The notes below the pieces were generated by a model. That model was not told where the DNA came from and searched no databases. It worked only from the letters and a program-made list of their open reading frames with translations. The translations under genes were made by a program, and so were the position numbers. Positions 40,647 through 51,915 of a stretch of DNA of 64,000 bases are shown in pieces (the first letter of the stretch is position 1; every line of letters begins with the position of its first letter). Location of the stretch: the NCBI RefSeq assembly GCF_002087085.1, contig NZ_MWQY01000019.1, forward strand, positions 1 through 64,000, in the 5' to 3' direction.

Positions 40647-41674
40647 GAAAGTTATTAAACACCCTTTATGTAAGCACCCAGGGTAGCTATCTACATAAGG
40701 AAGGTGAAACTGTAATTGTTGAGCAAGGACAACAAAAGTTATTACAGCTACCTATACATACGATCGGTAATATTATCTGCTTCGGTAATGTGCTCTGTTC
40801 CCCTTATCTGCTTGGACTGTGTGCAGAGCGAGACATAAGTGTCTCCTATATGACGGAATACGGAAGATTTCTTGCATCCGTAAACGGACCAGTACGAGGA
40901 AACGTGCTCCTGCGGCGTCAACAGTACCGACAGACCGATAATCCAGAAAAGACTAAATCAATTGCAGCAAATATTGTAGCTGCCAAACTGGCTAATTCAC
41001 GGGTAGTTCTGAACAGGGCACAACGAGACCATGGGATGAAAACAGACTTACAATCCATTTCTGATGCCTCTGAACAGTTATCCGGTTTAATCCGTCAGAT
41101 AGACAGAACAGAAACCACAGATGAGCTCAGAGGTATAGAAGGAACAGGTGCTGCCAGGTATTTTGGCGTGTTTAATCATCTTATTATTGATCAGAAAGAA
41201 GGGTTTTATTTTAAAGAACGTAGCCGCAGACCTCCTTTGGATGCGGTAAACGCCATGTTGTCCTTTACCTATACCATCCTTACTCACGATATTCGCTCTG
41301 CGCTGGAAACTGTAGGGCTTGATCCTGCAGTAGGATTTCTACATCGAGACAGACCTGGACGCCCTTCTCTTGCTCTTGATCTGCTTGAAGAGTTTAGGTC
41401 AGTCATTGCAGACCGGCTGGTGCTGTCACTGATAAACAGGCGACAAGTGAGCCCAGCAGGATTTACTATAGCAGAAAATGGTGCTGTGGTAATGGATACT
41501 GATACTCGGAAAATTCTTTTAACAGAATATCAGAACCGAAAACAGAAGGAAGTATACCACCCATATATAGAGGAAAAGGTCCAGATAGGTCTGCTATTCT
41601 TTGTGCAGGCAAATCTGTTAGCCCGGCATATACGTGGCGATATTGATGGATATCCCCCATTCTTCTGGAGGTAA
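40643..41674 (+). CDS. cas1: Type I-C Cas1
   Basis: MRKLLNTLYV, LRGIEG, RRPPLD.VNAMLSF.Y, GFLH.DRPGRPSLALDLLEEFR. Confidence 0.97.
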   Translation: MRKLLNTLYVSTQGSYLHKEGETVIVEQGQQKLLQLPIHTIGNIICFGNVLCSPYLLGLCAERDISVSYMTEYGRFLASVNGPVRGNVLLRRQQYRQTDNPEKTKSIAANIVAAKLANSRVVLNRAQRDHGMKTDLQSISDASEQLSGLIRQIDRTETTDELRGIEGTGAARYFGVFNHLIIDQKEGFYFKERSRRPPLDAVNAMLSFTYTILTHDIRSALETVGLDPAVGFLHRDRPGRPSLALDLLEEFRSVIADRLVLSLINRRQVSPAGFTIAENGAVVMDTDTRKILLTEYQNRKQKEVYHPYIEEKVQIGLLFFVQANLLARHIRGDIDGYPPFFWR

Positions 41675-41679
41675 AAATC

Positions 41680-41970
41680 ATGATGGTATTGGTAAGTTAT
41701 GATGTGGCAGTCACAACGCAAGGGGGTCAACGTCGACTACGAAAGATCGCTAAAGCTTGTCAGAATTACGGACAACGGGTCCAGTTCTCCGTATTTGAAT
41801 GCATCGTCGATCCTGCCCAATGGACTAAATTAAAAAATACCCTTGAGAAGATAATCGATACAGATACTGATAGCTTACGGTATTATTATCTTGGAGCGAA
41901 TTATAAAAACCGTGTGGAACATGTCGGAGCTAAACAATCTATGGATGTTGATGCCCCGATAATTGTATGA
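41680..41970 (+). CDS. cas2: Cas2
   Basis: VLVSYDV...RRLRKIAK.C..YGQRVQFSVFEC...DSLRYY.LG. Confidence 0.97.
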   Translation: MMVLVSYDVAVTTQGGQRRLRKIAKACQNYGQRVQFSVFECIVDPAQWTKLKNTLEKIIDTDTDSLRYYYLGANYKNRVEHVGAKQSMDVDAPIIV

Positions 41971-42145
41971 CGCGAACCTTGATGAAACAGAAAAATCCGG
42001 GACAATCGCAGATAAAATAATTCTTTATATTGTAAGGATCTTTGAAAAATCAGAGAAGGATATCATGTAAAATGTAGTCTTGAACCTGAGGTTCGCGAAA
42101 TTGACCTTCTAATTTATTTTATGATATATATTTAACTGTACTTAT
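41971..42145 (+). promoter_or_regulatory. CRISPR leader
   Basis: AT-rich 175 bp between cas2 and the first repeat; inverted motif cgcgaacct (41971-41979) / aggttcgcg (42089-42097). Confidence 0.85.
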
Positions 42146-45100
42146 GTCGCGCCCCTCGCGGGCGCGTGGATTGAAACATGAGCTCCGGGACAAATTCCAC
42201 GAAACCCGCAAGTCGCGCCCCTCGCGGGCGCGTGGATTGAAACTTTCTTATTCGTATAAGGCAATCCAGCATTTCCGGGTCGCGCCCCTCGCGGGCGCGT
42301 GGATTGAAACATATCCCATATCATATTCTGTTTTGGGATATATGTGTCGCGCCCCTCGCGGGCGCGTGGATTGAAACTATTTGGTTTGATATCTTTTCGT
42401 ACTCCTCAATCGTCGCGCCCCTCGCGGGCGCGTGGATTGAAACTCTGCACCATCCCACTTGAATACCCATTCGCTGTGTCGCGCCCCTCGCGGGCGCGTG
42501 GATTGAAACAGGATCAATCCGCATAGCCTGCCATGACCTCGGAGTCGCGCCCCTCGCGGGCGCGTGGATTGAAACTATACAGCGCCGTCAGCTACTTTTC
42601 CCGCGCTGTGGTCGCGCCCCTCGCGGGCGCGTGGATTGAAACCATTGATTAGCTCCTTGTATCGCTTGCGTAAGGTGTCGCGCCCCTCGCGGGCGCGTGG
42701 ATTGAAACCGACCTTATGTCGATGGAATCCATCTATAACCTGGTCGCGCCCCTCGCGGGCGCGTGGATTGAAACAAAACATCTTAGACAGGATAGCACCG
42801 CTGACACACGTCGCGCCCCTCGCGGGCGCGTGGATTGAAACGATAAAACTGATTTATCTTTGCTCCTGTCCATTGGTCGCGCCCCTCGCGGGCGCGTGGA
42901 TTGAAACCTGCCTATCTCCTGCGCCTGTGTGCCGTATATCGGGTCGCGCCCCTCGCGGGCGCGTGGATTGAAACTTTCTTGTTTTTGATCGGCCAGTACT
43001 TGAGAATTGGTCGCGCCCCTCGCGGGCGCGTGGATTGAAACATCAGTCTCCCCCGGGACACGGGGGAGGGTCAGGGGTCGCGCCCCTCGCGGGCGCGTGG
43101 ATTGAAACGGATGATACTCCAGCGAGACTCCAGGTTGTTACCGTCGCGCCCCTCGCGGGCGCGTGGATTGAAACATCTATCACACACCTGAGTGGGGGTG
43201 TTAACTCCGGTCGCGCCCCTCGCGGGCGCGTGGATTGAAACTTGACTCAAGTTCATTAACTGACTCTTGAGTTCCGGTCGCGCCCCTCGCGGGCGCGTGG
43301 ATTGAAACATGATGCTGGCAAAATCAGACATACTAAGAATAGGTCGCGCCCCTCGCGGGCGCGTGGATTGAAACTCAGGACCGCACACGCTGTCAAGACG
43401 GTCCTGAAGTCGCGCCCCTCGCGGGCGCGTGGATTGAAACTTGATAATCGGTGTTTGTTATACTGCGGAATTCTGTCGCGCCCCTCGCGGGCGCGTGGAT
43501 TGAAACTGTCTGTGTCAAACTGGCGAGGAGATAGGAGGCAGTCGCGCCCCTCGCGGGCGCGTGGATTGAAACCGATATTGTTGAGCAGGGGCTTGTCTGG
43601 TTCCTTGTCGCGCCCCTCGCGGGCGCGTGGATTGAAACTTGAAAGGGCTGGGAGGATTTACGGCTAATCACTGTCGCGCCCCTCGCGGGCGCGTGGATTG
43701 AAACAGATATATAAAGTCCGATTTTCTCCTTGTCTGTTTGTCGCGCCCCTCGCGGGCGCGTGGATTGAAACCTTGAGTGTACGGGGTATTGCCCCGGGGG
43801 GAATGGTCGCGCCCCTCGCGGGCGCGTGGATTGAAACCAAAAATCTGTGGGCGGTATAAACGATACCGCGCGTCGCGCCCCTCGCGGGCGCGTGGATTGA
43901 AACTACGAAGACAAGGTTATTAAGGCCGCGTTAAAGCGTCGCGCCCCTCGCGGGCGCGTGGATTGAAACAAAGGAACCGGCTGTACTACATCGGCGCTCA
44001 CCCAGTCGCGCCCCTCGCGGGCGCGTGGATTGAAACCCTGCAACTGTTGGAGATATTGCCGCAGATCCACGTCGCGCCCCTCGCGGGCGCGTGGATTGAA
44101 ACTCGATGATGTGCTATGACCAGTTATCGCATAATGTCGCGCCCCTCGCGGGCGCGTGGATTGAAACCATCTAATGGAGCATTAGAGCCATAGGTGAGCG
44201 TGTCGCGCCCCTCGCGGGCGCGTGGATTGAAACGTTTCCTCTGCGACCGTTAAGCATTCCAGAGATTGTCGCGCCCCTCGCGGGCGCGTGGATTGAAACC
44301 ACCTGAGTCACCTACAAGCCCACGCGATAAACGGGTCGCGCCCCTCGCGGGCGCGTGGATTGAAACGAGCAAGGGCTTGATTCGGCAAGCAAGAAGGCCG
44401 GGTCGCGCCCCTCGCGGGCGCGTGGATTGAAACCGCAAAGTCTGGGAAAACACGTATGCCATCGGAAGTCGCGCCCCTCGCGGGCGCGTGGATTGAAACA
44501 CGATAAAACTCTTATTCTTCCCCGAATTGATCGGGTCGCGCCCCTCGCGGGCGCGTGGATTGAAACGCGTTTTTGCCCTGTCGCGTTCCCGCGTGTAGCC
44601 TGTCGCGCCCCTCGCGGGCGCGTGGATTGAAACGGTTTTTGCCGATTATGAGCATGTCTACACCCTGGTCGCGCCCCTCGCGGGCGCGTGGATTGAAACG
44701 TACCGCTCGCCGGTTGTGTTGATAAAAACCGTGGTCGCGCCCCTCGCGGGCGCGTGGATTGAAACGTTAAAATGCTCATGTGCTCCATTGCTCAGCCTCG
44801 TCGCGCCCCTCGCGGGCGCGTGGATTGAAACCTGACCACGTCCACGAGAAACTTAAAGAGTACAAGTCGCGCCCCTCGCGGGCGCGTGGATTGAAACTTA
44901 TCTAAGTCTGACCAGTAGACAGGCTTCCGGGGTCGCGCCCCTCGCGGGCGCGTGGATTGAAACACGTTCTGCTGTATGCGCCGAATGCCGGGAATCTTGT
45001 CGCGCCCCTCGCGGGCGCGTGGATTGAAACTTCTTTAACATGTAGCTTGCTTCGCCTGGTGAAGTCGCGCCCCTCGCGGGCGCGTGGATTGAAACAGTGA

Positions 45101-45626
45101 TAAATCTCGGGTTCGTATGCGGGATACTCGTCGCGCCCCTCGCGGGCGCGTGGATTGAAACCTGAATACAGCAATGTTCAGGATTTGTCCTTTTGTCGCG
45201 CCCCTCGCGGGCGCGTGGATTGAAACTTCTATCGACTCCCCGCAGGCGTGAGGCTTTCCTTGTCGCGCCCCTCGCGGGCGCGTGGATTGAAACACCGCGG
45301 CTAATGCCTACGCGGTTGTGATCTGGGGTCGCGCCCCTCGCGGGCGCGTGGATTGAAACAACCAGCTCACCTGTTGCAATATCCGCAACGGCTGGTCGCG
45401 ACCCTCGCGGGCGCGTGGATTGAAACATGAATCCCTCGTCATAGAGGTACTTCACCTCCTGGTCGCGCCCCTCGCGGGCGCGTGGATTGAAACAACTCCC
45501 GGGCGGCTGCAACCCCCTTCTGAGGCGGGTCGCGCCCCTCGCGGGCGCGTGGATTGAAACTTTAAACTCCGGTTGTAGAATTTCCTTGTCGTAGGTCGCG
45601 CCCCTCGCGGGCGCGTGGATTGAAAC
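42146..45626 (+). CRISPR. Type I-C CRISPR array, 53 repeats (GTCGCGCCCCTCGCGGGCGCGTGGATTGAAAC, 32 nt) and 52 spacers of 33-35 nt
   Basis: Counted by eye; one variant repeat at 45395 (C to A at 45401); orientation from the leader and the ATTGAAAC end. Confidence 0.98.
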
Positions 45627-45778
45627 ACGGGTGGGTTTGTTAGATTGTACGGGTTACTTTTATAAGCTGTTGCAGGAATTATGACTAATTAGATGTCTGC
45701 AGGCTGTACTGTTTCCATCAGGGATCCGGTTTGTTCTTGCCAGATGCCTTATACTCAGTCATCTATAATCTATTGCAT

Positions 45779-47095
45779 TTATCGCCTCCCACGCCACATT
45801 TTTAATAATGCCAATCCGCTCTTCTCACCACTAAGTCTTTCTGTCCTTAATGCCAGTACCAGCAACAGAGCAAGTATTCCCAGCACAAGCCTGAAAAAGA
45901 CCCGGTAGACATCAAGGCCCTCCACACCGACGGCCCGAATCAGGCTTAAGGCGGTTCCTCCCCCCAGGGCACTGGCTATACCTGCCACCAGTCCGCCGGT
46001 CATGCGGGCAAAGAGTGAAAGCCCAACCCGGTCGGTCGGCTGAACGGCCTGCAGAAAATAGTGGTTCGTTGCAATAATAAGTCCTGTCTTGCAGTACCCC
46101 TGCAGAAGAAAAATCAGGGCTGTGACGACGGTGAAGAACTCTTGTGGAGCAAATGACCAGAACACAGCGCTGATAAAGAATCCACAGATGTAGAGTATTA
46201 AAAGAGGCCGGGGTCCAATGGTATCGGCTACCCTGCCGTTGGTGTAGGAGGAGAGAATCCCCCCCGCCAGGATAAAAAGAGAGAACACAAGAGCATGATA
46301 ATCGGATATGTGGTATCCGTTCTTTATGGTCACGATGGAAAAGGGAATAACCAGCACAAAGGAAGAGATCCCCGCAGCCCAGCCTCCAAGAAGGCGCCGG
46401 TACTTTGCATTTCTTCTGATCAGTCTGAGGGTATCCCGTATGGGCATTGTCGCCGATTCACTGGGGGTTGAGGACTCGGGGATTTTAAGAAGCTGACGGC
46501 TCGCGTAAAAACCCACAAGACAGCCCAGAGCTATAACGGCCTGATATACCCATACCTTGTCAAAAAAACGCAGAATCACAACAACGACGGAAACTGAAAA
46601 GAAGTAGGCTGTCTGGGAGCGCACCCAGTTTCCGGACAAGAAACTGCCCCGTTCCTCGTACACGGTGACCTCCCCGGTCAGGGGGGTATTGGCCACAATA
46701 CCGATGCTGCGGAACATGGAGAACCCGAAGGCGCCGAGCAAGACTGTGACGGTAACAAGGGTTTGGGAAAAACCAAGGGCAATAAAGGGTGCCGCAATCA
46801 GGACAGACCCGAAGATATAACGCAGAAGCCAGGCGTACCCCCAGGTCCGGGCAAGGCCGAAACGGGGGATAAGCAGTTTGCCAGCCAGTAAAAAGGGCAT
46901 GGTCAGATGCATAAACGAGGCCAGCACGGCCAGCTGAGGATCGGACAATCCGTTTCGGATCCCGTAGAGGATCAGAAGATCATTCATCAGAAAGGCGATG
47001 GAAATACCGTTCAGCATGACAAAACGCCGGAGGTATCGCTTGCCGGTTTCCCGGTCTTCGCTACCGAGTTCAGAGGGAAAAGCTGATGAAGCCAT
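45779..47095 (-). CDS. MFS transporter
   Basis: About 12 hydrophobic helices; GRVADTIGPR (MFS motif A-like). Confidence 0.8.
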   Translation of the reverse strand: MASSAFPSELGSEDRETGKRYLRRFVMLNGISIAFLMNDLLILYGIRNGLSDPQLAVLASFMHLTMPFLLAGKLLIPRFGLARTWGYAWLLRYIFGSVLIAAPFIALGFSQTLVTVTVLLGAFGFSMFRSIGIVANTPLTGEVTVYEERGSFLSGNWVRSQTAYFFSVSVVVVILRFFDKVWVYQAVIALGCLVGFYASRQLLKIPESSTPSESATMPIRDTLRLIRRNAKYRRLLGGWAAGISSFVLVIPFSIVTIKNGYHISDYHALVFSLFILAGGILSSYTNGRVADTIGPRPLLILYICGFFISAVFWSFAPQEFFTVVTALIFLLQGYCKTGLIIATNHYFLQAVQPTDRVGLSLFARMTGGLVAGIASALGGGTALSLIRAVGVEGLDVYRVFFRLVLGILALLLVLALRTERLSGEKSGLALLKMWRGRR

Positions 47096-47231
47096 AGGAG
47101 TATATTACCTGTAACACGAGGGTATGAAAACCTTAGGGGAAACGCGGCTGTTCGAACCGGATGTTTTTCGGTATGAAATATTCCCTATTTTCTTGACTAT
47201 TTTAGTAGTATTTATATATAATTTAATTACT

Positions 47232-47750
47232 ATGAATAATCCTCACTATTACAGCCGACGTACTCAATCGCTGATGGTAAATGAGAGAGTTATCAGGGGT
47301 ATTGCCGTTCAGGTTTTCGGTCTCTCCCTTATGGCTCTGATCCTTACCACGCGACAAAGTACTCCGGCCGCACTGGGGCTTCTGTGTTTTCTTCTTGCGG
47401 ATTTCACCTTCAGGGCGGCAGGATGGGGTACGCTGAGCCTGACCGCTGCGGTTTCCAGACTCCTGGGGGGAAGACTGTTTCGCTTTGCGCCGCGGCTGAT
47501 ACGGGCAAAACCGAAGCGTTTTGCCGCAGGAATCGGGGCCTTCATGTCTCTCGCCGCGGGTCTTCTGGTGGTCCTTCGGATTCACCAGGCTGCCGTCCTG
47601 CTGCTTGCAGTACTTGCACTCTTCTCATTTCTGGAAGGGACTTTCCGCTTCTGCGCCGGCTGCCGGATATTCGCCCTGCTGATCCGCCTGGGACTGGCGA
47701 AGGAAGATCTGTGCACCGACTGTGTGCTGCCCGGCGGTGACGGCATATAA
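47232..47750 (+). CDS. DUF4395-like membrane protein
   Basis: VNE..IR, PKRFAAGIG, LEG.F.FCAGC.IF. Confidence 0.75.
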   Translation: MNNPHYYSRRTQSLMVNERVIRGIAVQVFGLSLMALILTTRQSTPAALGLLCFLLADFTFRAAGWGTLSLTAAVSRLLGGRLFRFAPRLIRAKPKRFAAGIGAFMSLAAGLLVVLRIHQAAVLLLAVLALFSFLEGTFRFCAGCRIFALLIRLGLAKEDLCTDCVLPGGDGI

Positions 47751-48038
47751 TACCCTCCCCCAAAAAAGAACTACTCCTCCATGGCCTTTTTCCCGACACA
47801 TGCATTACCCACCATGAAAGGGGAGTTATTCTTTCAGCCGCCTGTCTCTATAAATCCGTGAGGGTTCTGTCCGCTGCTGCCTCTGTTACCGCTAATCCTT
47901 TTTGAAAATTCTGCATTTTGAATATCCTTCGTTTTATCCGCCGGAGATCTGTAAAGGCTGTGGTCAATGAATTAAAATATAAAATATGCTATAGTGCGGA
48001 ACGTCAGAATACTTCGAACAGCAGGAGACAGATCAGGT

Positions 48039-49145
48039 ATGGCAAAATCAACAGTCTATTTTACGAATATGCATGTAACATCCAGGGAGAATCAGCAGCA
48101 GAAGCTCGAACGGCTGATTAAAACCGCCGGAATTGAACAGATCGATTTCAAAAGGAAATACGCGGCCATAAAAATCCACTTCGGAGAGCTGGGAAACCTT
48201 GCGTTTCTTCGCCCTAATTATTCCAGGACAGTTGCGGATGTCATAAAGAGCCTGGGGGGCAGGCCCTTTCTGACCGACTGCAACACCCTCTACGTGGGGG
48301 GAAGAAAGAACGCCCTGGACCACCTGGAGACCGCCTACATCAACGGCTACTCACCCTTTTCAACGGGCTGTCATATCCTGATTGCCGACGGCCTCAAGGG
48401 AACCGATGAGGCCCTGGTGCCGGTGGAAGGAGGTAGGTACGTCAAGGAGGCCAAGATTGGACGGGCGGTAATGGATGCGGACATTATAATCTCCCTGAAC
48501 CATTTCAAGGGTCATGAGCTTACCGGGTTCGGAGGGGCCATAAAGAACATCGGGATGGGCTGCGGGTCCCGGGCCGGCAAGATGGAGATGCACTCCAGCG
48601 GTAAACCCCACGTAAACGCCGGCAAATGCATAGCCTGCGGGGCCTGCGTGCGCAACTGCGCTCACTCTGCAATTACCATTACCAACGGGACCGCCCTGAT
48701 CAATCACAGCAGGTGCGTCGGTTGCGGTCGCTGTATCGGGGTATGCCCCACCGACGCGGTACGGCCGGCCTCGGACGAGTCCAACGATATCCTGAACAGA
48801 AAGATGGCGGAGTACACCTGGGCGGTGCTCAACGGAAAACCCCATTTCCACATAAGCCTGGTTATCGATGTATCCCCCTACTGCGACTGCCACTCTGAAA
48901 ACGATATTCCCATCGTACCGGATGTGGGAATGTTCGCCTCCTTTGATCCGGTGGCCCTGGATGTGGCCTGCGCCGACGCTGTAAACCGGCAGCCCGTCCA
49001 TGCGGGAAGCCTGCTGGAAAAACACGGGTCCCGGCACAACGATCACTTTACCGACACCAGCCCGGAGACCGACTGGCGCTCCGCCGTAGAACATGCGGTC
49101 AACATGGGAATCGGCAGCCGGGAATACGAGCTGATCAGCATATAA
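48039..49145 (+). CDS. DUF362 protein with two 4Fe-4S clusters
   Basis: AIKIHFGE.GN, HFKGH..TGFGGAIKN.GMG, two CxxCxxCxxxC(P/A) motifs, CDC. Confidence 0.88.
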   Translation: MAKSTVYFTNMHVTSRENQQQKLERLIKTAGIEQIDFKRKYAAIKIHFGELGNLAFLRPNYSRTVADVIKSLGGRPFLTDCNTLYVGGRKNALDHLETAYINGYSPFSTGCHILIADGLKGTDEALVPVEGGRYVKEAKIGRAVMDADIIISLNHFKGHELTGFGGAIKNIGMGCGSRAGKMEMHSSGKPHVNAGKCIACGACVRNCAHSAITITNGTALINHSRCVGCGRCIGVCPTDAVRPASDESNDILNRKMAEYTWAVLNGKPHFHISLVIDVSPYCDCHSENDIPIVPDVGMFASFDPVALDVACADAVNRQPVHAGSLLEKHGSRHNDHFTDTSPETDWRSAVEHAVNMGIGSREYELISI

Positions 49146-49170
49146 ACGGAGAACGGGAGTCCTGTCTGAT

Positions 49171-49605
49171 TCAGGAATACTCTGCTATGAATTCCAGGAT
49201 TGTCCTTCGTATCTGGTCCCGTATGCGCCTGGTTTCCGCCAGGCGTTCTTCTTCGCTGCCGCCCAGGGATGAGGGATCATCGAAGGGCCAGTGAAGGCGG
49301 ATCCCTTTTCCGGGGAATATGGGACAGCGTTCCTGGGCCTCTTTACTGCATACGGCAACCACGATGTCGAAGGACCGGCGATCCCGGGCATAGTCGAATA
49401 CACTGTTGGTGGAGTTGCCTGAGATATCGTACCCCAGCTCCGCCATCGCCCTGACCACCAGGGGATTCAGTTTGCCCGGTTCAAGACCGGCACTCAGAGC
49501 CTTGAACCTTCCTTTACCAAGATCATTCAAAAAGGTTTCCGCCATCTGGCTGCGTGCACTGTTGTGCACACAGATGAACAACACATTTACAGGTTTATTG
49601 TCCAT
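49171..49605 (-). CDS. arsC: Arsenate reductase (thioredoxin-dependent, LMW-PTP fold)
   Basis: [13 protein letters not shown]-loop; [11 protein letters not shown] resolving Cys pair; HWPFDDP. Confidence 0.88.
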   Translation of the reverse strand: MDNKPVNVLFICVHNSARSQMAETFLNDLGKGRFKALSAGLEPGKLNPLVVRAMAELGYDISGNSTNSVFDYARDRRSFDIVVAVCSKEAQERCPIFPGKGIRLHWPFDDPSSLGGSEEERLAETRRIRDQIRRTILEFIAEYS

Positions 49606-49644
49606 TCTGCTTTCTCCATACTCCATAGTATACAATATGCATGC

Positions 49645-50697
49645 TCAGGCCTGGGCCGGAAATGCGCTCCGGGTGGAAACGGCTATCCTTACCAGGGCCA
49701 GCATGACCGGCACCTCCACCAGAACGCCCACAACCGTTGCCAGGGCAGCGCCTGACTGGAGGCCGAAAAGACTGACTGCCACCGCCACGGAAAGCTCGAA
49801 GAAGTTACTCGCTCCGATCATTGCCCCGGGAGCAGCAATGGAATGGGGAAGCTTCCAGAGCTTGGCCCAGCCGTAGGCAATGCCGAAGATAAGAAAGGTC
49901 TGTACCACCAGGGGGACCGCAATCAGCACGATATGAAGGGGGTTATTCAGGATTATCTCCCCCTGAAAAGAGAAGAGGATTATCAGTGTCAGCAGCAGTC
50001 CGCCGATTGTGGTGTTGTCGAATTTCTTCAGAAAGACATTCTCGAAATAATCCAGTCCCCGGTGTGCTGTAATTAGCCTCCGGGAAATGTATCCCCCCGC
50101 AAGGGGTACTACAACAAAGAGGAGCACCGACAGGAGAAGCGTATCGTAGGGCACCTGGATATTGCTGACTCCCAGGAGAAAAGCAACAATCGGCGTAAAA
50201 GCGGCCAGTATGATCAGGTCATTCACCGCCACCTGCACCACTGTATAGGCAGGATCCCCGTCGGAAAGGTAACTCCACACAAATACCATGGCGGTACAGG
50301 GGGCAGCTCCGAGCAGAACAGCTCCCGCGATGTACTCCGTTGCAAGATTATCGCTGATAAGGGGCCTGAACAGAATCTTCAGGAAAAAAAAGGCGATAAG
50401 ATACATGGTAAAGGGCTTTATGAGCCAGTTGGTTACGGTGGTAACCGTCAGCCCCTTCGGCTTTTTAGTGGCCTTCACGATACTGGTAAAATCGATCTTC
50501 AGCATCATGGGATATATCATGAGCCATATGAGAACCGCTACCGGAATAGAGACCCGGGCGTACTCGAGGGTGGACAGGAACTCCGGCACTGCCGGCAGGA
50601 ACCTTCCGATCAGTGTTCCGATCACAATACAGAGCGCAACCCACAGGGTGAGATATTTTTCGAAAAAGCTTATCCGTTTTTTTTCCGCCGTCGACAT
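49645..50697 (-). CDS. acr3: ACR3 family arsenite efflux transporter
   Basis: [45 protein letters not shown]. Confidence 0.95.
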   Translation of the reverse strand: MSTAEKKRISFFEKYLTLWVALCIVIGTLIGRFLPAVPEFLSTLEYARVSIPVAVLIWLMIYPMMLKIDFTSIVKATKKPKGLTVTTVTNWLIKPFTMYLIAFFFLKILFRPLISDNLATEYIAGAVLLGAAPCTAMVFVWSYLSDGDPAYTVVQVAVNDLIILAAFTPIVAFLLGVSNIQVPYDTLLLSVLLFVVVPLAGGYISRRLITAHRGLDYFENVFLKKFDNTTIGGLLLTLIILFSFQGEIILNNPLHIVLIAVPLVVQTFLIFGIAYGWAKLWKLPHSIAAPGAMIGASNFFELSVAVAVSLFGLQSGAALATVVGVLVEVPVMLALVRIAVSTRSAFPAQA

Positions 50698-50719
50698 ACA
50701 TATGCCTCCTTTCAAAATC

Positions 50720-51907
50720 TCAGTTCAGGGTTCCGAAAAGAATTCCCGCAGCGGTAGAGAGAAGAACCACCAGCATCACATAGGTGGCGGTCTTCTTCCA
50801 GCCAAGTTCGCCGTGAATTACCAGCATGTTGGGCAGGGAAAGACTGGGACCGGCCAGGAGCAGCGCCAGGGCGGGCCCCTTCCCCATTCCGCTTCCCATC
50901 AATCCCTGCACAATAGGGACCTCCGTCAGGGTGGCGAAATACATGAAGGCCCCGGCGATGGAGGCGAAAAAATTGGCCCAGACTGAATTTCCCCCCACGA
51001 GTCCAGCTATCCATTCCCCAGGGATCAGGGCCTGGTGACCGGGACGTCCAAGGAGAAAACCTGCTATAAGTACTCCGCCGAAAAGGTAGGGAAGAATCTG
51101 GAGGCTGAAATCCCTGGTAGTTACAGTCCATTCGATCAGATCATCCCGGCTGAACCATCGGACCAGGCTGTAGATCAGGACAGCGGCAAAGACTGCGGTA
51201 ATCCAGTACCTGCCGGTATAGACGGCGTCCCACAACACCGACGTTCCCCGGGAAGGAGCCCAGTTCACAAAAACGAGGATTCCCACCATGGAGGCCATGT
51301 AGACGACGGTTTGACCAAGGCTCCGACCTTTTTCATCCTCCCCTGCATAGGAGAACATGCGCTCGTCGGCGAGGCGTGCCTCATCCTCCCTTCGGTAGAT
51401 TACCTGCATCAGGTATCCGATTACAAAGGCAAACAGCACCGCACCCATCATGCGGGCGAGGCCCAGCTCCCAGCCGAATACCTTGTAGGAGAGAACGATG
51501 GCCAGAATATTTATTGCCGGTCCGGAGTACAGGAACGAAACAGCAGGCCCCAGGCCTGCACCTTTTTTGTAAATCCCTTTGAACAGAGGGAGGACCGTGC
51601 ATGAGCAGACCGCCAGTATCGAACCCGAAACCGAGGCAACCGAATAGGCCAGCAGCTTCGGTGCGGAGGGCCCGAGATAGCGGATTACCGCCTGCTGGTT
51701 CAGAAAGACCGTAATTGCTCCGGCAATGAACATGGCCGGAACAACGCACAGAAGCACGTGCTGCCGGGCGTATTCCGAAAGCATCAAGAATGCCTCCTGA
51801 ATCGCGACGATTACCCGGGGAGCATCAAAGGGAACGAAGTATGCACAAAGGAATACTCCGAGGGTAATCAGGAGTAGCCGATTCGGCGACAACGCTTTCT
51901 TTGCCAT
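50720..51907 (-). CDS. ArsP/DUF318-type permease
   Basis: LAVCSCTVLPLF, FLYSGPAIN, YFATLTEVPI, GPSLSLP. Confidence 0.85.
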   Translation of the reverse strand: MAKKALSPNRLLLITLGVFLCAYFVPFDAPRVIVAIQEAFLMLSEYARQHVLLCVVPAMFIAGAITVFLNQQAVIRYLGPSAPKLLAYSVASVSGSILAVCSCTVLPLFKGIYKKGAGLGPAVSFLYSGPAINILAIVLSYKVFGWELGLARMMGAVLFAFVIGYLMQVIYRREDEARLADERMFSYAGEDEKGRSLGQTVVYMASMVGILVFVNWAPSRGTSVLWDAVYTGRYWITAVFAAVLIYSLVRWFSRDDLIEWTVTTRDFSLQILPYLFGGVLIAGFLLGRPGHQALIPGEWIAGLVGGNSVWANFFASIAGAFMYFATLTEVPIVQGLMGSGMGKGPALALLLAGPSLSLPNMLVIHGELGWKKTATYVMLVVLLSTAAGILFGTLN

Positions 51908-51915
51908 GGCGGAGG

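Noticed and set aside
34235..41970. Absence of cas6 and of a separate cas11
   Set aside because: Normal for type I-C: Cas5d processes crRNA and Cas11 is translated internally from cas8c
42142..45512. Many ORFs with repeating SRPSRARGLK, VSIHAPARGAT and FQSTRPRGAR peptides
   Set aside because: Translation artefacts of the CRISPR repeats
42146..45626. Self-targeting or duplicated spacers
   Set aside because: Only short 9-13 nt coincidences noticed (e.g. S22/S34, S11/S36); no full match within the window seen by eye, and an exhaustive check needs BLASTN
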